Assembly: GCA_964187785.1 (NCBI GenBank)
Contig: OZ076409.1
Coordinates: 9,178,001 to 9,242,000, forward strand
Source of the DNA: Amphiscolops sp. MND2022
Taxonomy: Eukaryota
Length of the DNA: 64,000 nucleotides
Reading direction: 5' to 3'
Shown here: one piece after another, positions 59,271 to 64,000 of the stretch
Numbering within the stretch: position 1 is the first letter of the stretch
Layout of the letters: the number at the start of each line of letters is the position of its first letter
The notes under the pieces: model-generated
Databases searched by the model: none
The model's input: the letters and a program-made list of their open reading frames with translations, nothing else
What the model was told of the DNA's origin: nothing
Position numbers and translations under genes: made by a program

Positions 59271-60823
59271 CTTACTTAGGCTTGATAATTCTCGATTTTC
59301 TTTTTGAGGAAATTAGAGCAAGTTCTCAAGTGACAAAGTGTGACGTTTCAAGATTTTTAATTATCGTTAAACGAAAGATAATTGTTTCGCAAAATAACAA
59401 AAATCAACTAAAAAATGTCTTCTAGCTCGCATTGTATTTATACTTCCCATCCCGGAAATCGGGGAAAAGACACGAACATACTTCACATTTTGTTCAGTCC
59501 GGCGTCCGTCCGAGGCAGGGAAACAGGAAGTTCAGTTCCGCTTTGTCGAACTCAGGCTTTCAGCTTGTTCATGCTTTCCGAAGAAAAGCACGCGTCCACT
59601 TCCGGCCTGAGTTGCGACTCCGCTTCCCTTCGCCTCCAATTTCCCGCCTCTTCAGGACGCCGAACTGAAAAATTATCAACGACACGCGCAATGAGTCACT
59701 GAATAAGATTGATTAACTGCACAAATTTGGGAAAAAATGATGGCAACCAATTTTCTTTACAAATAATTCCCTAAATTAAATAAATCAGCAACAATTTGAA
59801 TGAAATTCAACACAAATTACACATTAGGCTTTAAATGAAAGAGTAGAATTGCTTCTACAGTACTTGTAGCTCTGATTTTGATTAATAACACAAAGCCTGG
59901 TCCCAGGCCATAGTCCGGGACGGACAAACATGTTCAGTGGGTAAAGCAACTATTAGTTATAAACAGCATCAGATACATTGTTCAGAAAGGTATTTAATGC
60001 AATTAAACGGCAACAGATTCAGGGAACAGAATATACATGTTATTAACACTTGGTTTAATATTCGGTACTAAATCTTTGGTTCAGGCTGCGGTTCAGGCCT
60101 GTTTATAGATTAATCAATATTTACATGTAAAAGAACGTTATATGTAAAATTTTAAACGACAATATAGTTTAAGATCGTAGATAATAATCTCTAGGTTCAT
60201 TTTGAGACAAAGTTACATGGTAGCATCATCATCTTTCACTTTCGTGATTGATTTATCGTAATTAATTCTCAGGCCGCATCCCAGGCCGCGGTACGTGATG
60301 TTCTATTAAGTTAGCACGGAAATCTCAATTGTTGGTATATTTGCATTCGTATTGTTAATAAATCACTGCACTAGACATTAGTTCGTTTACATGTATTCAC
60401 TATAGCGCGCGCTTGCATATTAATCCGCTGAGGTTGCAATTCTCAGGCTGCCTGCCAGGCCGCCGCTTCAGTGCGAGTATTTGAGGCCGGCTGCCAGGCC
60501 TCTGTTCCGCCTTTAATTTCTCAGTTCATTCACTGAGCGGTGTAATTCAATTATTATTATTACATAGTATTGTATTATTATTAACTGCACAAATAGCTCC
60601 GTTATTCCGTAAGTACGTATTTATATAAGTGTACAATATTATGATAATAATACTAATATGCATATATTTATTAATTTAACTTCAAATTTATATTGTTTAA
60701 CTCCTTTGTTTCTGATTGTTTGTCCGTTGTCTATTTCCTCTTCTTTTGTTCTTTTCCCAATTTATTCTTCGAAGACTGGGTTGTGTTTGTTGCAATACTC
60801 GCAGCTCAGTCGGGGCTGTGACA
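58916..60823 (-). repeat. 5' LTR of element C
   Basis: 1908 bp, TGTCACAGCC...GGTCAACACA on the minus strand. Confidence 0.97.
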
Positions 60824-61029
60824 ATTACGTGCAGTTGCAGGCACCAACAATTAACACCAATTACTAGGACCTCATTTTATCAAACGGTGTAATCTTCTTT
60901 CACATTCTTCAGTATTTCAAGACTTAGTAAAATGCGATTCTCAATCATTTCTACTTTTAGAACTATTTGTTCAACTTTGTAATTTCAATCTTCAAAAGGT
61001 TGTTAAGTAGCTGATCAATTAGAAATTTT

Positions 61030-61175
61030 GGAACGAATTGTCGCTTTTTACAAATGGGACGAAATGTCGCCTTTTGAAAATGGAACGAATTGCCGCTTGG
61101 GACGAACTGCCGCTTGGGACGAATTGCCGCTTGGGACGAATTGTCGCTTTTTCGAAATTGGGACGAGTCGTCGAT
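61030..61175. repeat. Tandem ~20-bp repeats (GGACGAATTGCCGCTTG), right arm of the element split by C
   Basis: Several tandem units, reverse-complementary to 45077-45145. Confidence 0.75.
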
Positions 61176-61222
61176 TCGCCCAACATCTTCCCGAATTTGA
61201 CTGACTATGAATAATACGTCAC

Positions 61223-61519
61223 CTAGCAGGGCAAGATTTATCATGACTGAACCCAAATCATCCGCGTCATCGATGACGTAATACAGGATGATGGTGATTG
61301 CGTAACTCATCAGGGATCCAGTGATCAGGGCAATGTAGGGTGTTTTGAAGTGCCTCTGCACTCGTGACAGGGGGCTAGGAAAGAGACCGTCTCTGGAGAT
61401 GGCATAGAGAAGACGTCCAGTGCAAAAGAGAAAAGAATGAAAACTGGCAATGAGCCCCACAACCAGTATCCAGCTGAAGTAGTCCAGATAGGACGAGTTG
61501 TTAAAAACTGTCTTGTAGC
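61223..61519 (-). CDS. APC permease-like gene, internal exon
   Basis: AG/GT boundaries, phase 1/1. GLIASFHSFLFCTGRLLYAISRDGLFPSPLSRV...KTPYIAL. Confidence 0.93.
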
Positions 61520-61749
61520 CTGAAATTACAAACATGTATGCCTCATTTTTTAAACATTTCAGTATCGTATCGAAAACAAGCAAAAAAGTATGTATCTCAA
61601 TTATTATTTTCAACCCCGTGTTCGTTTGAATTCATTCGCTGTGTTCGGAAATATTTGAAAAGAAGTGCAAAACAAATAGCAAAGAGTAAAGCTTTTTTGT
61701 TACTGCTCACTGCTCAACTGGAAATTTTGTAGAAATATATATTCAACCA

Positions 61750-61975
61750 TGGTTGAGAAGCAATGTTTTGCACATTTACTATGATCTTGTATCGTAATGA
61801 ATTTTTCTCGGATTCCTTGGAAGATGCTTGCACGATTCTTGCTTAAATTGCGTTCGTTGTACGATCCGTGCTAACAATGCATTACTTGCAAAGATCTTGT
61901 AAGATTTTTCACGGAATGTGTGAAATGCAAGGATCTTGTTAGATCCTTGCAAGAATTGCATTCTTTCTCAACCAA
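61750..61975. mobile_element. Small intronic MITE-like inverted-repeat element
   Basis: GGTTGAGAAGCAATG ... CATTCTTTCTCAACC terminal inverted repeat. Confidence 0.5.
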
Positions 61976-62040
61976 AAAAGTTACGGTTTGTGATGGGAAA
62001 ATAACGCCTTTTCAAATGCTACACTTCAGGTATACTCAAC

Positions 62041-62311
62041 CTGTCAGAATAGGTGACCCGTCATTGTATATAGCATGGGCACCTGGCTCCACTGAGCTGC
62101 TGAACAGTAGGGTGAGGAAAGAGACGACAATAAGAGTGCAGATACTGATGATGATTCCATAGGGCATAGTCCTGCTGGCATCTATGGTCTCCTCAGTCAC
62201 CATCGGCAGTTCCTCGATGCCCAGGTAGAACCAGAGTGAAAACGACAACCCTTTGGCAACCCCATCGACGCCGTCGTTGTAGAGCCAGCGTTTTGGACAT
62301 GTCTCATTAAC
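62041..62311 (-). CDS. APC permease-like gene, internal exon (upstream exons not identified in the window)
   Basis: AG at 62313-62312 and GT at 62040. GVAKGLSFSLWFYLGIEELPMVTEETIDASRTMPYG is the TM6-7 signature. Confidence 0.93.
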
Positions 62312-62351
62312 CTAGAAACTATGTGAAAATTAGCTGAACTTGTATCTTCTA

Positions 62352-63034
62352 CCCGGGTCGACACTCCATGGATATCTTAGTAAGATCTTGGCAAGATCTT
62401 TGAAAAATATTAGCTAAGATCTAGCCAAGATATTGCCGAGAATTGCAAGATGTCATGGTAAGATCTTATCAAGAGAGCCATGTTCCCAAGAAAACTTTTA
62501 TTGTAAAATCCTATTTTGCCAGAAAAAATTTAAAAGGAAGTCAACAAAATCAGTCGTTTGAGAGTATTTTTCTCCGTCTCTGGAATCGACAGGAGTGATA
62601 AGTTACAAGTTTTTAAAAAGCCCTTGAAATGAGCTTTCATTTGGTTTTTTTCGCATTTCTCAGTCTTGAACTGGCGAGGAATTATTAGAATTCTCGTCAA
62701 AATTTTGGAATATCGTAATTTTTCGCACATTTTTGTATGCAAATTTGTTTCAGCACGTTTAAGCATTTTGATTCTGAAAACGAGTAGAATTAGTCGTTGT
62801 TGGGTGAAATGAGCCTTTAGATTGAGCCTTGGCTGCTTGTACCGAAGGTATGCTGTTCTTTTACTATCTTAGAATTTTGTCCATCGTGATGAGATACGAT
62901 CTTGGAATAATGTATTATCTTAGTAAGATCTTATCAAGATTCTTGCCATGGGATCCATGGTCGCCAAGATGTAGTAAGAATTTGGTAAGATCTTGCCAAG
63001 ACAACCAAAATGCTAGTAAGAGGGTCAACCCGGG
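62352..63034. mobile_element. TA-flanked MITE
   Basis: TA|CCCGGGTCGACACTC ... GAGGGTCAACCCGGG|TA with AAGATC-rich subterminal repeats. Confidence 0.7.
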
Positions 63035-63059
63035 TATGTAAAATGTCAATCAAACAGCA

Positions 63060-63336
63060 TTAGGGGAGGAGGCAAACAGATACTAAGATTGTTCGCTTTG
63101 TGTCCCCGGGTTGGCAATTAATCGCAACCCACTGGTGCTCAGTGATGACTCACCAAAGTCCCAGCGGATCACCGAGGTGGCATCTGCGACCAGTCGGTGG
63201 AGACATTGCAATATTCGTACAAAACAATGCATCAACAGATATGCAAACCTGTAATCTATGTAAAGCATCACCACGGGTTGAAACCCAAATCTCATGTCGG
63301 CCAGGCAGACGCTCTACCAACTGCGCCATGGTGACT
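63060..63336 (-). mobile_element. tRNA-derived SINE-like element
   Basis: Minus-strand head AGTCACCATGGCGCAGTTGGTAGAGCG...GGGTTTCAACCC (A and B boxes). The 3' boundary is approximate. Confidence 0.6.
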
Positions 63337-63808
63337 AGAATTTACTAAATGGATATGAAGTGGAGATTTGGCAGAATTTAGAAAATATCGCAACACAGAG
63401 TATGATTTTCCTCTCCGATTATATGTCGGCGGAAAATAATTAACTTTCTAACTAACTTTTCAGACATTTATAGTGACTGTGTTGTAGTTAATTCAATTTG
63501 TCGTCAAGTGATTACATGTTCTCTCAACAATTTGAAATGAAAGTGCTGAAGTAGAAAAAAAACGTCTCAAATTAAACATTTTTTTTTCAAATTTTCTGGG
63601 ATAAGTTTATTGGTAACGTTTGACCCTAAACGTTTGTTGTTGCTCAAATAGTGACAGTGCTCAGGAAGCTACTTGGTTTTAGAAGAGTTTTTCGGATAAG
63701 GGCTTCACGAAATAAACATCGAAAGTTTCACTCACATTGTTGCAGTTTCCAAGAACCCACTAAAACAAAGAATAGCTTAGTATTCTTCAAACTGTGAATA
63801 TCCTTTTT

Positions 63809-64000
63809 AGTCGGCGCTTTTATAAATAAAAGAGCTCGACTATTACAGTCACTCGTTTTTTTTTGTTAAAGACAGACTCGAAGCGACGAACGTTAAAATT
63901 AACGTTCAACTACTAAATACAGTACTAAACTACTGGACCGGCAAAGGCAAATGGGGAGCGCATTTAGGATAGTGCAAAGGGCCCCCCTTTCAGTTACTCC
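63809..64000 (+). mobile_element. 5' part of the HINE-like family also seen at 38154 (runs off the window)
   Basis: AGTCGGCGCTTTTAT...TTACAGTCACTC...AAGACAGACTCGAAGCGACGAACG is shared with 38155-38260. Confidence 0.65.

Larger units (their letters stand above)
45198..60823 (-). mobile_element. Full-length Ty3/Gypsy LTR retrotransposon, element C (15,626 bp)
   Basis: Two 1908-bp LTRs with TG...CA ends, perfect TSD ATTAC (45193-45197 and 60824-60828), a PBS, and gag-PR-RT-RH-IN on the minus strand. Confidence 0.98.

Noticed and set aside
61030..61175. CRISPR-like array
   Set aside because: The units are tandem with no unique spacers, the context is eukaryotic, and there are no cas genes.
60963..61613. 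216-aa ORF as a complete protein
   Set aside because: Only 61223-61519 is exon. The ends are intron and tandem-repeat read-through.

Overview
Repeat-rich eukaryotic (probably invertebrate) DNA; the species cannot be determined from the sequence. Three Ty3/Gypsy-type LTR retrotransposon families dominate the window, and each carries non-standard cargo. Element A (2925-21696, +, about 18.8 kb, 0.73-kb LTRs) has a decayed gag-pol whose C-terminus carries an AT-hook and two TARG1/OARD1-like macrodomains. It also has an extra ORF of about 1,435 codons with an SGNH-like domain, and it is preceded by a truncated tandem copy that shares its 5' LTR. Element B is present as two complementary, locally duplicated copies (77-24535, which hosts A, and 25458-30886) and carries two HPD-motif J-domains (DnaJ/Hsp40) between integrase and the 3' LTR. 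Element C (45198-60823, -, 1908-bp LTRs, ATTAC target-site duplication, TSD) starts gag inside its LTR, has an A_AAA_AAC -1 frameshift site, and carries an antisense four-intron gene derived from a BED-finger hAT transposase. C lies in an 18-kb intron of the only clear host gene, an APC-family (ethanolamine-permease-like) transporter on the minus strand. The rest is made up of Helentron-type (HINE) elements, MITEs, a SINE, LINE and hAT remnants, and two decayed EGF-like ORFs. All domain calls are by-eye motif recognition and need HMM or structure confirmation.
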